The notes under the pieces are model-generated. The model made no database searches, was not told where the DNA came from, and was given only the letters and a program-made list of their open reading frames with translations. From an uncultured Chloroflexia bacterium (GTDB lineage: Bacteria > Chloroflexota > Limnocylindria > QHBO01), in the NCBI GenBank assembly GCA_963839635.1, contig CAWIVT010000006.1:470936-534935 (forward strand): a stretch of DNA of 64,000 nt, in the 5' to 3' direction. The position numbers were made by a program, and so were the translations under genes. Every line of letters starts with the position of its first letter. The first letter of the stretch is position 1. Of this stretch, positions 18,901 to 28,801 are shown piece by piece.

Positions 18901-19742
18901 GCGCAGCGGGCACGATCGCCGCCTCCACCGAGGCCGGCGACGACGTCGCCGGCCTCACGGCCACGGGTTTGGTACCAACGGCCAGCGTGAACCGCACCTG
19001 GACGCTCGTGGCCGGCAGCGGCGTGGTCGTCGGACCGACGTCGGTGAACGTCACGTTCCTTGCCTCCGACCTCGACCCGGCCGCGCGTCCGATGGATCTG
19101 CTGGCTGTCAGCTCCAGTGGAGGAGGCTCGACGCTGGCCGCCGTCACGCAGCGCACCCCCACGACGACGACGCTGACCCTGGAGGGAGCTCCGAACGGGA
19201 CCATCGCCCTCGGCATGCCCGGAGCCGACCTCGGGATCGGACTGACCGGACCGACGAGCGGGACAGTCGATCAACCCCTCGCCTACATCGTCACCATCAC
19301 CAACAACGGACCGTTCGACGCCAGCCTGGTCACCGCTCGCATCACCCTCCCGGCAGCGTCGGCGCCTCGCTCCACCATGCCGAGCCAGGGAACCTGCCAG
19401 CTCGGCGGGACCGTCCTCACCTGCGACCTCGGGCCAATGGCATCCGGCTCGAACGCGTCCGTTGGGTTCACCGTCGCATTTGCGTCGGCCGGGTCCCACC
19501 AGCTTGCCGCAGCGGTGAGCGTGGGGGGCACCGCGGTCGACCCCACTGCGCCCAACGACAGCACGATCCTCGACGTGGCGATCAGCCAGCCGACGCCTGC
19601 CTCAACTGGCATCCGCCTGCTCCCGGACACCTCGACGCCGCTGGGCTGGGCGATCAGCCTCGCGCTCCTCGCTGTGCTAGCCATGTCCGGCGTAGTACTG
19701 ACCGCAATCGTCGCCCGGGTTCGGTCGTCGTCTCGGCGATAA
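15999..19742 (+). CDS. Giant secreted surface protein: signal peptide, Gly/Thr/Ala-rich beta-helix-like repeats, DUF11-like domain, C-terminal LPDTS + TM + basic-tail sorting signal
   Basis: Intact ORF 15843..19742. ATG at 15999 gives MSTAPDPRPGARRGACIAISAFSLLLGIGLVVASGTWSPARA|ATITW, a signal-peptide-like N-terminus. The DUF11-like segment is LAYIVTITNNGPFDASLVTARITLP...CQLGGTVLTCDLGPMASGSNASVGFTV. The C-terminus is LLPDTSTPLGWAISLALLAVLAMSGVVLTAIVARVRSSSRR. The start codon is uncertain (15843 is the alternative). Confidence 0.8.
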   Translation: MSTAPDPRPGARRGACIAISAFSLLLGIGLVVASGTWSPARAATITWTGLGATTNWNLATNWSTVTVPGAADVAVFDGTSPKPVLINANVNVAGLQVTPAYGGTVTQGAGRTITLGANGWAHSGVFNGSDAAITINGPFTLSGGVFTATSGIMSVGGDFTHAAGSFAHNAGTLRFTGAAAAIDLAVSLSVWNLGLAQNNLAPKTLAAGDTLMVDGLLTLTNGTWEGGELHAHGDIVAASAFDGGTATLRINGAGNQLLTGSATTTVGALPTLVIDKPSGTLSLAGTIRTLRDWTYAAGLLNAGTSNVVFSGTQTIAGSHSLAGVELRNALVRTLAPGTTLTVTGLLRLNDGELNGGDSLDAHGDIVAASAFDGGTATLRINGAGNQLLTGSATTTVGALPTLVIDKPSGTLSLAGTIRTLRDWTYAAGLLNAGTSNVVFSGTQTIAGSHSLAGVELRNALVRTLAPGTTLTVTGLLRLNDGELNGGDSLDAHGDIVAASAFDGGTATLRINGAGNQLLTGSATTTVGALPTLVIDKPSGTLSLAGTIRTLRDWTYAAGLLNAGTSNVVFSGTQTIAGSHSLAGVELRNALVRTLAPGTTLTVTGLLRLNDGELNGGDSLDAHGDIVAASAFDGGTATLRINGAGNQLLTGSATTTVGALPTLVIDKPSGTLSLAGTIRTLRDWTYAAGLLNAGTSTLILAGTETLTTGAASLYRLQVRGGTATLAGPLTLTNDLNVVAGTFNLDGNPVDVAGSLTVAGTLIADGTELRVAGNVTAPGSFQAGTGRLVLDGTLLQQLDLVSSALNDLTLDNAAGASLLTDLAVGGTLELASGSLTIGAHRLTIAMPIEGTATSLVAGSSSSLTVAGTAAGISVPTSIIDLAELSITNPAGTSIGGPLTLHVGLVLGGGNLHAGPHLVTIAAGGSVGRTSGHVIGALQKSISVGGPLSLTFEIGDASGYTPVQASWVSVSAAGTIAASTEAGDDVAGLTATGLVPTASVNRTWTLVAGSGVVVGPTSVNVTFLASDLDPAARPMDLLAVSSSGGGSTLAAVTQRTPTTTTLTLEGAPNGTIALGMPGADLGIGLTGPTSGTVDQPLAYIVTITNNGPFDASLVTARITLPAASAPRSTMPSQGTCQLGGTVLTCDLGPMASGSNASVGFTVAFASAGSHQLAAAVSVGGTAVDPTAPNDSTILDVAISQPTPASTGIRLLPDTSTPLGWAISLALLAVLAMSGVVLTAIVARVRSSSRR
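16687..18084 (+). repeat. Perfect tandem repeat, 390-bp unit x about 3.6 copies, in frame (130 aa per unit) inside the surface-protein CDS
   Basis: The string atgcccacggcgacatcgtcgccgcctccgccttcgatggtggc starts at 16687, 17077, 17467 and 17857. The printed lines are identical copy to copy. The track shows three identical 124-aa antisense ORFs at 16880, 17270 and 17660. Identity ends at 18084. Confidence 0.95.
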
Positions 19743-19773
19743 TCGAGCGGATGTTCCAATCGGCCCATGCCCC

Positions 19774-21100
19774 ATGACCGCGATGGCGCCTGCCGCGTGG
19801 TGGCGCGGACTCGGCGGGTTGACGCGCAGCGGCAGCTCGATCGAGGCGCTCGCCTGGGCCTTCTACGACTTCGCGAACACGATCTTCAGCTTCGCCATCG
19901 TCAGCTTCGCGATGAGCCTGTGGACCATTCGCTTCCTGGGTGAAGGCCCGGGGACCTTCTGGTTCACCGCGGCGGTGAGCGTGTCGGTCCTGCTGAATGC
20001 GATCGTCTCCCCCGTCCTGGGTGCCATGAGCGACCGCGTCGGGCGCCGCAAGCCGTTCCTGGCGGTCTTCACGATCGCTCTGCATCGTGGGCACGGCCGT
20101 CATCGGCCTCGTCGACATTCGCCTCGGCCTCGTCGCGTTCGCGATCGCGAACTTCGCCTACCAGGCAGCGCTGATCTACTACGACGCGCTCCTTCCCGAC
20201 GTCGCTCGACCGATCGCTCGCGGACGCATCTCCGGAATCGGCGTGGCACTCGGCTACTGCGGCACGCTGCTCGTCGGGGTGATCCTGCTGATGGGCATCA
20301 CGGTCCAGGACGACCGCTCGACGCCCGCGACCTTCGCGCTGGTCGCCGGGCTGTTCCTCGTCTTTGCCGGCCCGCTCTTCCTCCTCGTCCATGAGCGCGA
20401 GCGCGGGGGCACGCGCTTCAGCGCGGCCGATGCGGTCCGCTCCTTCGGCCAGCTCGCGAGGACCGTCGCGCATGCACGCGCGGCGCCCGGGCTGCTGCGA
20501 TTCATCGTCGCGCGCTTCTTCTACTCCGACCCGGTGAACACGGCGATCGCCGTCATGAGCTCTTTCGCCGTCTACGCGGTCGGCTTCACGGAGGGCCAGG
20601 CGCTACAGGTGCTACTGATCCTGACGGTCGTCGCCGTCATTGCATCGTTTGGCTGGGGCTTCCTGGCGGATCGATGGGGACCGCGCCGCACCCTGTTCGC
20701 GGTGCTGGCGGTCTGGGCCGTCGGCCTCGCTATCCTGACCCTGTTCCTGTCGACCATCCCGTTCCTGTTCGCCGGCGCGCTGCTCGGCGCCGGGCTCGGG
20801 GGCGTCGGCGTGGTGGATCGGCTCATGCTGCTGAGGCTCACGCCGCCGGAGCGGGTTGGCGAGATGTTCGGGCTCTACGGCCTGGTCGGGAAGTTCAGCG
20901 CCGTCGTTGGGCCGATCGTGTACGGGACCATCGTCGCCGTGCTGCTGGAGGGCCTCGACCGCGGCGCGTATCAGGTCGCCATCGCGTCGCTCTTCGTGCT
21001 CCTGCTGGTCGGGATCGCGATCCTGCGCGGCGTGCCGGAGGGCGAGCCGGAGAACGAGGAGCTCGCCGCCGACGCGCTGGCGGAGGGCATGAACCGATGA
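19774..21100 (+). CDS. MFS transporter, UMF1 (Atg22-like) family (one frame change near 20070)
   Basis: ORF 19774.. gives LAWAFYDFANTIFSFAIVSF...AMSDRVGRRKPFL. ORF 20087..21100 continues with about 10 more TM segments (FAIANFAYQAALIYYDALLPDV, RISGIGVALGYCG). Confidence 0.8.
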
Positions 21101-21876
21101 CGATCGTGGTCGCACACCGCGGCTTCTCCGCCCAGGCGCCCGAGAACACGATGGAGGCGTTTCGCCTCGGGGTCGAGGCCGGGGCCGATGCGATCGAGCT
21201 GGATGTCCACCTCACGGCCGACGGACAGCTCGCCGTCATCCACGACGAGACGCTCGATCGGACCACCGACCGCACCGGATCCGTTGCGAGCCAGACCATG
21301 GACCAGATCCGCCAGGCCGATGCCGGCGCGACCTTCGCGCGCCCGGACGATTCGGGCTTCCCGTTCGCCGGAAAGGGTCACCGCGTGCCGACGCTACCCG
21401 AGGTCCTCGACTGGCTGGCGGAGGGCATCGGCCTCGTCATCGAGATCAAGGCCCGCGCCGCCGCGGACGCCGTCGTCGAGGCCCTCCGGGGCCATGCGGT
21501 TCAGGCCGGCGGACGGCTGGCGGTCATCAGCTTCGACGAGGCCACCATCGAACGCGTGCACGAGCTCGATCCGGCGATCAGGACGGGCTATCTGCTGGTG
21601 CCCGGCCAGCCGGTCCCTCCCGCCCTCGTTTGGGCCACGGAGCACGGTCACGTCGGCGTCTTTCCATGGGACGGCGATCTCGGGATCGATCCGATGCCGC
21701 TCATGGCCGAGGCTGCGGCCTACGGCCGCGAGATCGGCTGCTACGTGGTCAACGACCCCGGACGCATGCAGCACCTGGCGGCCTACGGCCTGTGGGGCTT
21801 CGTCACCGACGTCCCCGACGTCGCCCGGGAAGCCCTCGGTCCTCCCAAGCCCCAGGTCGACGCGCCGCGTTCCTAG
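21097..21876 (+). CDS. Glycerophosphodiester phosphodiesterase (GDPD family)
   Basis: ATG at 21097 overlaps the MFS stop (ATGA). Motifs: MTIVVAHRGFSAQAPENTMEAFRLGVEAGADAIELDVHLTADGQLAVIHDETLDRTT. Confidence 0.88.
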   Translation: MTIVVAHRGFSAQAPENTMEAFRLGVEAGADAIELDVHLTADGQLAVIHDETLDRTTDRTGSVASQTMDQIRQADAGATFARPDDSGFPFAGKGHRVPTLPEVLDWLAEGIGLVIEIKARAAADAVVEALRGHAVQAGGRLAVISFDEATIERVHELDPAIRTGYLLVPGQPVPPALVWATEHGHVGVFPWDGDLGIDPMPLMAEAAAYGREIGCYVVNDPGRMQHLAAYGLWGFVTDVPDVAREALGPPKPQVDAPRS

Positions 21877-23432
21877 CGGCGGCCGCGCCCGGTCAGGATG
21901 CCCAGGACCGAGCGCAGGATCGTGTTGAAGGTGCCCGACCGGGCGAACCGCGCACCCTCCTGGGCGACGTCCTTCCAATCGACACCACGCTCCGGCGCGC
22001 GGGTCGGGCGCATCCGACGCTCGTCCGGCGACTCCGGATCCTGGACGCCATCCATCTCTTTCCGGGCCTCCGTCGTCGCCTTGGCCAGCCGTGCCGCGAG
22101 AAGCTCCTTCGCGGACTCCGGATCCGTGTCGGCGGCGTACGAGGCGGCGATCGGCGATGCGGCGGCCACGGCGTCGAAGACGGCCGGCTCGACCTGGGCC
22201 ATCAGCGACATCGGCGGACGGAGCATGGTGCGCACGGTCGGCATCGGACGGCCCTTGGGATCCAGCGCGGTGATGAGCGCCTCGCCGGTGCCGAGCTTGG
22301 TGAGCTCCTCCTCCACGTCGTAGAACGCGGTCGTCGGGAAGGTGTCGGCGGTGGCTCGCACCGTCTCGAGGTCGTCGGGGGTGAAGGCCCGTAGCGCGTG
22401 CTGGACGCGGTTGCCGAGCTGCCCGAGCACCTCCGCCGGCACGTCCGTCGGTGAGTGGGTCACGAAGAAGACGCCGACCCCCTTGGATCGAATGAGGCGA
22501 GCCACGAGCTCGATCTGCTGCATGAACGTCTTGTTCGCATCGCGAAACAGCAGGTGCGCCTCGTCGAAGAAGAAGACGAGCTTCGGCTTCTCGAGGTCGC
22601 CCACCTCCGGAAGGGACTCGTACAGCGAGGCCAGGAGCCACATCATGAAGGTGCTGAACAGGGCGGGCCGGTCCTGCATGTCGGCCAGCTCGAGCACGTT
22701 GACGACCCCGCGGCCCTCTTCGTTCGTGCGCAGGAACTGGTCGACGTCGAACTCGGGTGAGCCGAAGAAGGCATCGGCCTCCTGCTGCTCGAGCTCGACG
22801 ATCTTGCGGATGATGACCCCGGCAGTGGCTGTGGCCACGCCGCCGTACTCCGCCATCTCGGCCTTGCCCTCGTCCGAGTTGAGGTGATTGAGGAGCGCGC
22901 GCAGGTCGTCGAGATTGACCAGGGGGAGCTGCTTGTCGTCCGCGTACTTGAACGCCAGGGCCAGGACGGACTGCTGGGTGTCGTTGAGGTCGAGCACCTT
23001 CGACAGCAGGATCGGACCGAAGCTCGAGACCGATGCGCGCAGTCGCACGCCCTTGCCGTCGCGGTCCAGCGTCAGGAACTCGACCGGAAACGCCCTCGGC
23101 GCGTAGCCGGCAAGACCGATGGCCTGGGCGCGTGCCGTCAGCTTCTCGTTCGGCGTGGCCGGGGCTGCGAGGCCGCTGATGTCGCCCTTGATGTCGCTGA
23201 TGAAGACCGGAACGCCCGCGTCGGACAGCTGCTCGGCGAGAACCTGGAGCGTCTTCGTCTTGCCGGTGCCGGTCGCGCCGGCGACGAGCCCGTGCCGATT
23301 CATCATCCCGAGGGGCACCCGGACCTGGAGGGCGGGAAACGTCTCATCCCCGCGCATCGCCGCGCCGAAGACGATCCCCGGACCCTCGAAGCCGTACCCG
23401 GCGGCGAGCGCCTCTTCGAATTCGTTGGCCAT
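21873..23432 (-). CDS. HerA-like helicase-domain ATPase (DUF853 / YjgR family)
   Basis: Intact 519-aa ORF. Walker A is HGLVAGATGTGKTKTLQ, Walker B-like is KLVFFFDEAHLLF, with KGVGVFFVTHSPTDVP. Confidence 0.85.
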   Translation of the reverse strand: MANEFEEALAAGYGFEGPGIVFGAAMRGDETFPALQVRVPLGMMNRHGLVAGATGTGKTKTLQVLAEQLSDAGVPVFISDIKGDISGLAAPATPNEKLTARAQAIGLAGYAPRAFPVEFLTLDRDGKGVRLRASVSSFGPILLSKVLDLNDTQQSVLALAFKYADDKQLPLVNLDDLRALLNHLNSDEGKAEMAEYGGVATATAGVIIRKIVELEQQEADAFFGSPEFDVDQFLRTNEEGRGVVNVLELADMQDRPALFSTFMMWLLASLYESLPEVGDLEKPKLVFFFDEAHLLFRDANKTFMQQIELVARLIRSKGVGVFFVTHSPTDVPAEVLGQLGNRVQHALRAFTPDDLETVRATADTFPTTAFYDVEEELTKLGTGEALITALDPKGRPMPTVRTMLRPPMSLMAQVEPAVFDAVAAASPIAASYAADTDPESAKELLAARLAKATTEARKEMDGVQDPESPDERRMRPTRAPERGVDWKDVAQEGARFARSGTFNTILRSVLGILTGRGRR

Positions 23433-23457
23433 CGACGCGAGTGTAGTGGCTCGGCGG

Positions 23458-25590
23458 CTAGCCGCGGTTCGCGTCGATCCTGGGAAGGCGCGTCTTGCCG
23501 TCGACCAGGAAGTGGCGGAACCACTCCGCGATCAGCCGGGCATTGTCGACGCGGCGGAAGGGCGTGCCGGACCGGGTCAGCTCGTGCGACTCCTCGGGGA
23601 CTCGCATCAGCCGCACGGTCTTCTTGAGCGAGCGAAGGACGGCGAACAGCTCCTCGGCCTGCGTGATCGTGCAGCGCAGATCCTTCTCCGAGTGCTGGAT
23701 CAGGAGCGGCGTGGTCACGTTCGCGGCGTAGGTCAGGGGGGAGTGACGCCGGTACAGGTCCCAGTCGTCCCACGGATGCACGCCGTACTCGTAGAGGCCG
23801 AAGGTGGGGCCGCCGATGTCGCCGGAGAGCATCTGGCTGACCATGTCGTTGACGGATCGACAGGTGACGGCTGCCTTGAACCGGTCGGTGTGGCCGACGA
23901 TCCACGAGGTCAGGTATCCGCCGTACGAGCCGCCGGTGACGCCCATGCGCTCCGGATCGACGAGGCCGTCGGCGGCCAGGGCGTCGATGCCGGCCATCAC
24001 GTCCGCCATCGGCCCGTCGCCCCAGTCCCCCATGTTCGCCGTCAGGAACGCCTGGCCGTAGCCCTGGGAGCCTCGCGGGTTGCAGGCGTAGACGCTGATC
24101 CCGCTGGCGGCCAGGAGCTGCCATTCCCAGTTGAGCGACCAGCCGTACAGCGTGGCGGGTCCGCCGTGGATCTCCAGCACCACCGGCGCGGGGCGGCGCT
24201 TCGTGCTCGCCGGCGACGGGAAGAACCAGCCCTGGATGCGACGTCCACCGACCTCGTGCCAGCGTTCGACGGGCGCGACGAGCCTCATGTCGGACCACGC
24301 CTCGCCCATCAGGTCACTCACCCGACGCGGGACGACGCGGTCGCTGCCGGCCACCCGCCCAGCCGGCACGTCCCCGACGACGACGTTCGGCACCTCGGTG
24401 CCGCTCGTGCGCACGGCCGCCACGCGCGCCCCGCCTCGCGGCAGGTCCACGAGCTCGATGCGGCCCAGGTAGTGGCGGTCGCGCGTGAGGCGCTCGACGC
24501 GGCCGCCGTCGATCTCGACTCTCCACAGCTCGAAGCTTCCCTCGATCGGCGCCGCGAAGACGAGCCACCGGCCGCCCGCCATCCAGTGCAGCCGAGTGGG
24601 ACCGCCGCCGAAGAGGTCGCTGTTCATGCTGGCGGCCGCCTCGAGGTCGGACCCGGCGATGAGCTCCTCGGCCAACCCGTCCCGAACGCGGATGCGCCAG
24701 ACGGACGCCTGGTTGATGACGCCGCGCTTCCAGTCGCGGATGCCGACGGCAGCCACCCAGCGGCCGTCCGGCGACCACGCCGGCGCGCCCCACGTCTGGC
24801 GTCCTCGCCCCGGCGTGAGCTGGCTCACGCGACGCGTCGCCACGTCGACCAGGTAGATGTCGCTCCGCCAGCCGAGATCCGCGTCGCGATGCCGATCCGA
24901 CACGAACGCGACCCGCTTGCCGTCCGGCGACCAGCGCGGGTCTGCATCGTGGCTGTCGCCACGCGTCAGGAGCTCGGCGTCGCCGGTGGCTGCGTCGACG
25001 AGCCAGAGACGCTGGAACTTGTCATGGATGAACCCGGTGCCGTTGAACTGGTAGAGCAGTGTGTCGATGAGCCGCGTGTCGGGGGGCGGTGGATCCTCGG
25101 GCTTGCGCTCGGGCTTCTTCTCCGGCTCCGTCGACGTGGAACCGCTCACCACGCACAGCTGCCGGCCGTCGGGCGACCAGGCCAGCCCGTCGACGTTCTG
25201 CGGCAGGTCGGTCAGCTGACGAGCCTCTCCGCCATCGGCGAAGGGCAGCAGCCAGACCTGCGTCCCTCCCTCCTTGGGAGCCTCGGCTTTGCCCGGCTTC
25301 GCCCCGGCGCCGCCGGCCTGCAGGACACCACTGCGGTCCGACAGGAATGCAATCGTCCGCCCGTCCGGGCTCCAGCGCGGGGAGGCGTCGGTCCTGCTGC
25401 CGGCGGTCAGCTGCCGAGCCGGGCTCCCACCATCGGACGGTGCGATCCAGATCGAGCTGCGATAGCCGTCCTTGCCCGGCGCCACCGACTTGACGGCGAA
25501 GGCGACCCAGCGGCCGTCGGGCGCGAGGCTGACGTCGGTCGGGACGCGAAGTTCGTAGAGGTCTTCGGGGCGCGGCACGCGTACGGCCAT
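23458..25590 (-). CDS. S9-family serine peptidase (prolyl oligopeptidase/acylaminoacyl-peptidase type) with N-terminal beta-propeller
   Basis: Intact 710-aa ORF. It has repeated SPDGR/WSPDG propeller strings and the catalytic Ser motif VTGGSYGGYLTSW. Confidence 0.88.
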   Translation of the reverse strand: MAVRVPRPEDLYELRVPTDVSLAPDGRWVAFAVKSVAPGKDGYRSSIWIAPSDGGSPARQLTAGSRTDASPRWSPDGRTIAFLSDRSGVLQAGGAGAKPGKAEAPKEGGTQVWLLPFADGGEARQLTDLPQNVDGLAWSPDGRQLCVVSGSTSTEPEKKPERKPEDPPPPDTRLIDTLLYQFNGTGFIHDKFQRLWLVDAATGDAELLTRGDSHDADPRWSPDGKRVAFVSDRHRDADLGWRSDIYLVDVATRRVSQLTPGRGRQTWGAPAWSPDGRWVAAVGIRDWKRGVINQASVWRIRVRDGLAEELIAGSDLEAAASMNSDLFGGGPTRLHWMAGGRWLVFAAPIEGSFELWRVEIDGGRVERLTRDRHYLGRIELVDLPRGGARVAAVRTSGTEVPNVVVGDVPAGRVAGSDRVVPRRVSDLMGEAWSDMRLVAPVERWHEVGGRRIQGWFFPSPASTKRRPAPVVLEIHGGPATLYGWSLNWEWQLLAASGISVYACNPRGSQGYGQAFLTANMGDWGDGPMADVMAGIDALAADGLVDPERMGVTGGSYGGYLTSWIVGHTDRFKAAVTCRSVNDMVSQMLSGDIGGPTFGLYEYGVHPWDDWDLYRRHSPLTYAANVTTPLLIQHSEKDLRCTITQAEELFAVLRSLKKTVRLMRVPEESHELTRSGTPFRRVDNARLIAEWFRHFLVDGKTRLPRIDANRG

Positions 25591-25666
25591 CGGTCGGGCG
25601 ATCTCCAGTGCGGGACGTGATCCGGGTGGTTCGTCTAGTTAACCATCCGCGGCCTCGGAGGGCGAC

Positions 25667-26677
25667 CTACCAGTTCGTGGCGGTCGAGGCCTCGATCTCT
25701 CCGACCGATGCCAGCCAGCGCTCGGCGTCGATTGCGGCCTTGCAGCCGTCCCCCGCCGCGGTCACTGCCTGGCGGTAGTGATGGTCGTGGACGTCGCCGG
25801 CGATGAAGACGCCGTCGATGCCGGATCCGGTCTCGCCGACGACTTCGAGGTACCCACCGGGTCCGACCTTCAGCTGGCCCTCGAACAGGTCCGTGTTCGG
25901 CTTGTAGCCGATGGCGACGAACATCCCCTGTACCGGGAGCTCAGAGTCCTCGCCTGTGGCGGTGTCACGCAGGAGGAGGGAGCTGACGGTCATCTCGCCC
26001 TTCACCTCGAGGACCTCCTTGTTCCAGAGGATCTCGATCTTGGGGTCGCGCTCGGCGCGGTCCTGCATGATCTTGCTGCCGCGGAACTCGCCGCGCCGCA
26101 CGAGCATGGTGACCTTGTCGGCGAAGCGGGTCAGGAAGGTCGCCTCCTCCAGCGCCGTGTCGCCACCGCCGACGACGGCGACCTCGCGTCCGCGGAAGAA
26201 GAAGCCGTCGCAGGTGGCGCAGGCGCTGACGCCGCGGCCGCGGAAGGCCTCCTCGGACGGTAGGCCAAGCCAGAGGGCCGAGGCGCCGGTCGCGACGATG
26301 ACGGCATCGGCGCGGTACTCGACGTCGCCGACCCAGATCCGGAACGGGCGCTGGCTGAAGTCCACCTTCGTCGCATCCCGCTCGACGACCGTCGAGCCGA
26401 AGCGCTCTGCCTGCGTACGGAACTCCTGCATCAGCTCCGGGCCCTGGATGCCCTGCGGGAATCCCGGGTAGTTCTCGACGTCGGAGGTGATCATGAGCTG
26501 TCCCATCGGCACGTTGCCGGCGATCACGATCGGTTCGAGGTTGGCGCGCGCGGCGTAGATGGCGGCGGTCAGGCCGGCGGGTCCGGAGCCGATGATGGCC
26601 ACCTTGCGATGCCGGCCGTCGCCGTTGTCGCCGGAGGGATTCGGGGTGCCGGTGGTCGGCGGAACGGTGGCGGTCAT
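25667..26677 (-). CDS. trxB: Thioredoxin-disulfide reductase
   Basis: Within ORF 25667..26839, starting at MTATV (26677). Motifs: VAIIGSGPAGLTAAIYAARA, redox-active CATCDG, VVGGGDTALEEATFLT, FIAGDV. Confidence 0.92.
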   Translation of the reverse strand: MTATVPPTTGTPNPSGDNGDGRHRKVAIIGSGPAGLTAAIYAARANLEPIVIAGNVPMGQLMITSDVENYPGFPQGIQGPELMQEFRTQAERFGSTVVERDATKVDFSQRPFRIWVGDVEYRADAVIVATGASALWLGLPSEEAFRGRGVSACATCDGFFFRGREVAVVGGGDTALEEATFLTRFADKVTMLVRRGEFRGSKIMQDRAERDPKIEILWNKEVLEVKGEMTVSSLLLRDTATGEDSELPVQGMFVAIGYKPNTDLFEGQLKVGPGGYLEVVGETGSGIDGVFIAGDVHDHHYRQAVTAAGDGCKAAIDAERWLASVGEIEASTATNW

Positions 26678-26912
26678 CTCGTTCTCAGTGTACCGCCGGC
26701 ACGACCTGATGGCCTCGGGCCGGCGGCGGCTGATTCGACCGCGCATCCCCGTCCGTATTGATGCCGTGGCTTCCGATGGCGGTTTGCGGAATGGGTGGTC
26801 GGCGCGGATGATGCACTCCGCCCACTCTGGCGAGAGCACGAGGACCGATGCGCTGACCGGCTCGATTCAGCACCCTTCGTACGGATGAGCAGCGCATGAC
26901 TGCCCTTGGACC

Positions 26913-27628
26913 GTGCTGAGCTCCCTGCGTGAGGCGCTCGGCCGGTTCCCCCTTGCAGCCAGGGCGGATGCGGTCGAGCTCCTCGACTCGGGGTCGCCTC
27001 TCCCTTCCGGAAGTCGAGCAGAACCTCGTCGACCTCGCCCGGTTGAACCGCCTGCCCGGCGGCACGGCCGCCAGCGTGGATGCCATCCGTCATCTCATCG
27101 GCAGCCGTCCAGACCCGCGCATCCTCGACGCGGGCACGGGCCAGGCGGACATGCCCGTCGCGTTCGCTCATCACGGCTGGCGCACGGTGGCGCTGGACCC
27201 GAATCCGGACGTGCTGCTCATCGCGCGGCGGGCGACCGAAAACGAGCGGAGGGTCGAGGTGGTGGAAGGCGACGTCCGCCGGCTCCCGTTCTCCGACGGG
27301 GAGTTCGACGTGGCCCACTGCTCGCTGCTCATCCACCATCTCGAGCCGGACGAAGCCGTGTCGGCCCTGCGTGAGCTCGCGCCGGGTCGCTCGCCTCGGC
27401 GTTGTCGTCAACGACCTCCGCCGTGGAATCCTGCCGATGGCGGCAACGTGGGTCACGGTCACCGCGCTCGGTCGCAGCCGGGTCACCAGGCAGGACGGCA
27501 TGACCTCGGTTCAGCGCGCCTACACGCTCGTTGAGCTCGACGACCTGCTTGCGCAGGCCGGGATGGCGCCCCGATGGCGCTCGAGCCGATGGATGCCGCG
27601 CATCGCGACGATGGCCACCTCGTCGTGA
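26913..27628 (+). pseudogene. Class I SAM-dependent methyltransferase, about 2 frame changes (near 26990 and 27385)
   Basis: Motif I is ILDAGTGQADMPVAFA, with VEGDVRRLPFSDGEFDVAHCSLLIHHL in ORF 26929..27534. The C-terminal part VARLGVVVNDLRRG...YTLVELDDLLAQAG is in ORF 27080..27628. The N-terminal 25 aa are in the frame of ORF 26913. Confidence 0.75.
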
Positions 27629-28801
27629 CTTCGTACGACGTACTGATCGTCGGAGCCGGCCCGGCCGGCTCCGCGCTTGCCGCTGGCCTGGGTCACGCCG
27701 GGGCGCGCGTGCTCATCGTCGAGCGAGCGCATCACCCTCGGCCGAAGGCGTGCGCCGAGTACGCGAGCCCTCGAATCGTCGAGGAGCTGGCGGGCATCGG
27801 GCTCACACGGCGGGCCTGGGCCGACGACGCCGTGGCCCTGGGCGGCATGCACCTCCACACCGCGCGAAACGACGTGCGCATCGCCTACGCGGATCGCCGT
27901 GGCTCCCGCACGGCATGGGGCATCGATCGACGACGCTTCGACGAGTTGCTGGCCGGGCACGCCGTCGAGTCAGGCGCCGAGCTTCGCGAGGGCGTCGCGG
28001 TCGTCGCGCTCTCCCAGGCCGGTGGCCGGGTCGATGGAGCCCGCCTTCGCAACCTGGAGTCCGCGCGTGAGGAGCCGATCAGCGCGGACTGGATCATCGG
28101 GGCCGATGGCGCGCGATCCGCGGTCGCCCGCTTCATCGGCGTCGAACGCCCCGTGCGATTTCCGCGCCGCCTGGGCCTCGTGGCGCACTACACCGGCATC
28201 CCCGAGCTCACCGACCACGGCGAAATGCACGTCGGTCCGGATTGGTACGTCGGACTGGCGCCAACGCCCGGAGGCGAACTGAACGTCGGGATGGCGCTGC
28301 CCTTGTCGGACGGCGGTCGATCCGCGGGCGCGCGCTTCGCGGCCGCCATCGACGGGCTGCCGGCCGTCGCGCGACGCCTCGCCGGCAGCTCCCGCCTCAC
28401 GCCCATCCGTGGCGCGGCGCCCATCGGCCATCGGGTGGCCCGAGCTGCCGGTCCTGGGTGGCTTCTCGTCGGCGACGCGGCAGGCTTCGTCGACCCATTC
28501 ACGGGTGAGGGCATCTACCGAGCGCTGCGGTCGGCTCGCGCAGCAACCGCCGCACTCGCCGGCGGTGGCGACGTCGTGGGCGCGCTACCTGCGCGAGCGA
28601 CGCCGAGCGTTCGCGGCAAAGGATGCGCTGACCTGGCTGGTGCAGGGCTTCCTTGCCATGCCGGCGGTGCTGGAGCATGCCGTCGAGCGCCTCGAGGCCA
28701 GGCCCGAGGCCGCCCTGCGGCTCGGGTCGGCCCTCGGTGACTGCCGGCCGGCGACGGACGCGCTCTCGCCCCGAGCGATCCTGGAGGTCCTTCGGCCGTG
28801 A
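27625..28801 (+). CDS. FAD-dependent oxidoreductase, geranylgeranyl-reductase family (one frame change near 28570)
   Basis: GTG at 27625 overlaps the methyltransferase TGA (GTGA). Motifs: YDVLIVGAGPAGSALAAGL, IIGADGARSAVA, LVGDAAGFVDPFTGEGIYRAL. The C-terminal 75 aa are in ORF 28409..28801. Confidence 0.82.

Noticed and set aside
23119-25620. 833-aa plus-strand ORF
   Set aside because: It is antisense to the intact S9 peptidase and DUF853 genes, with low-complexity Arg/Ala/Gly/Pro composition.
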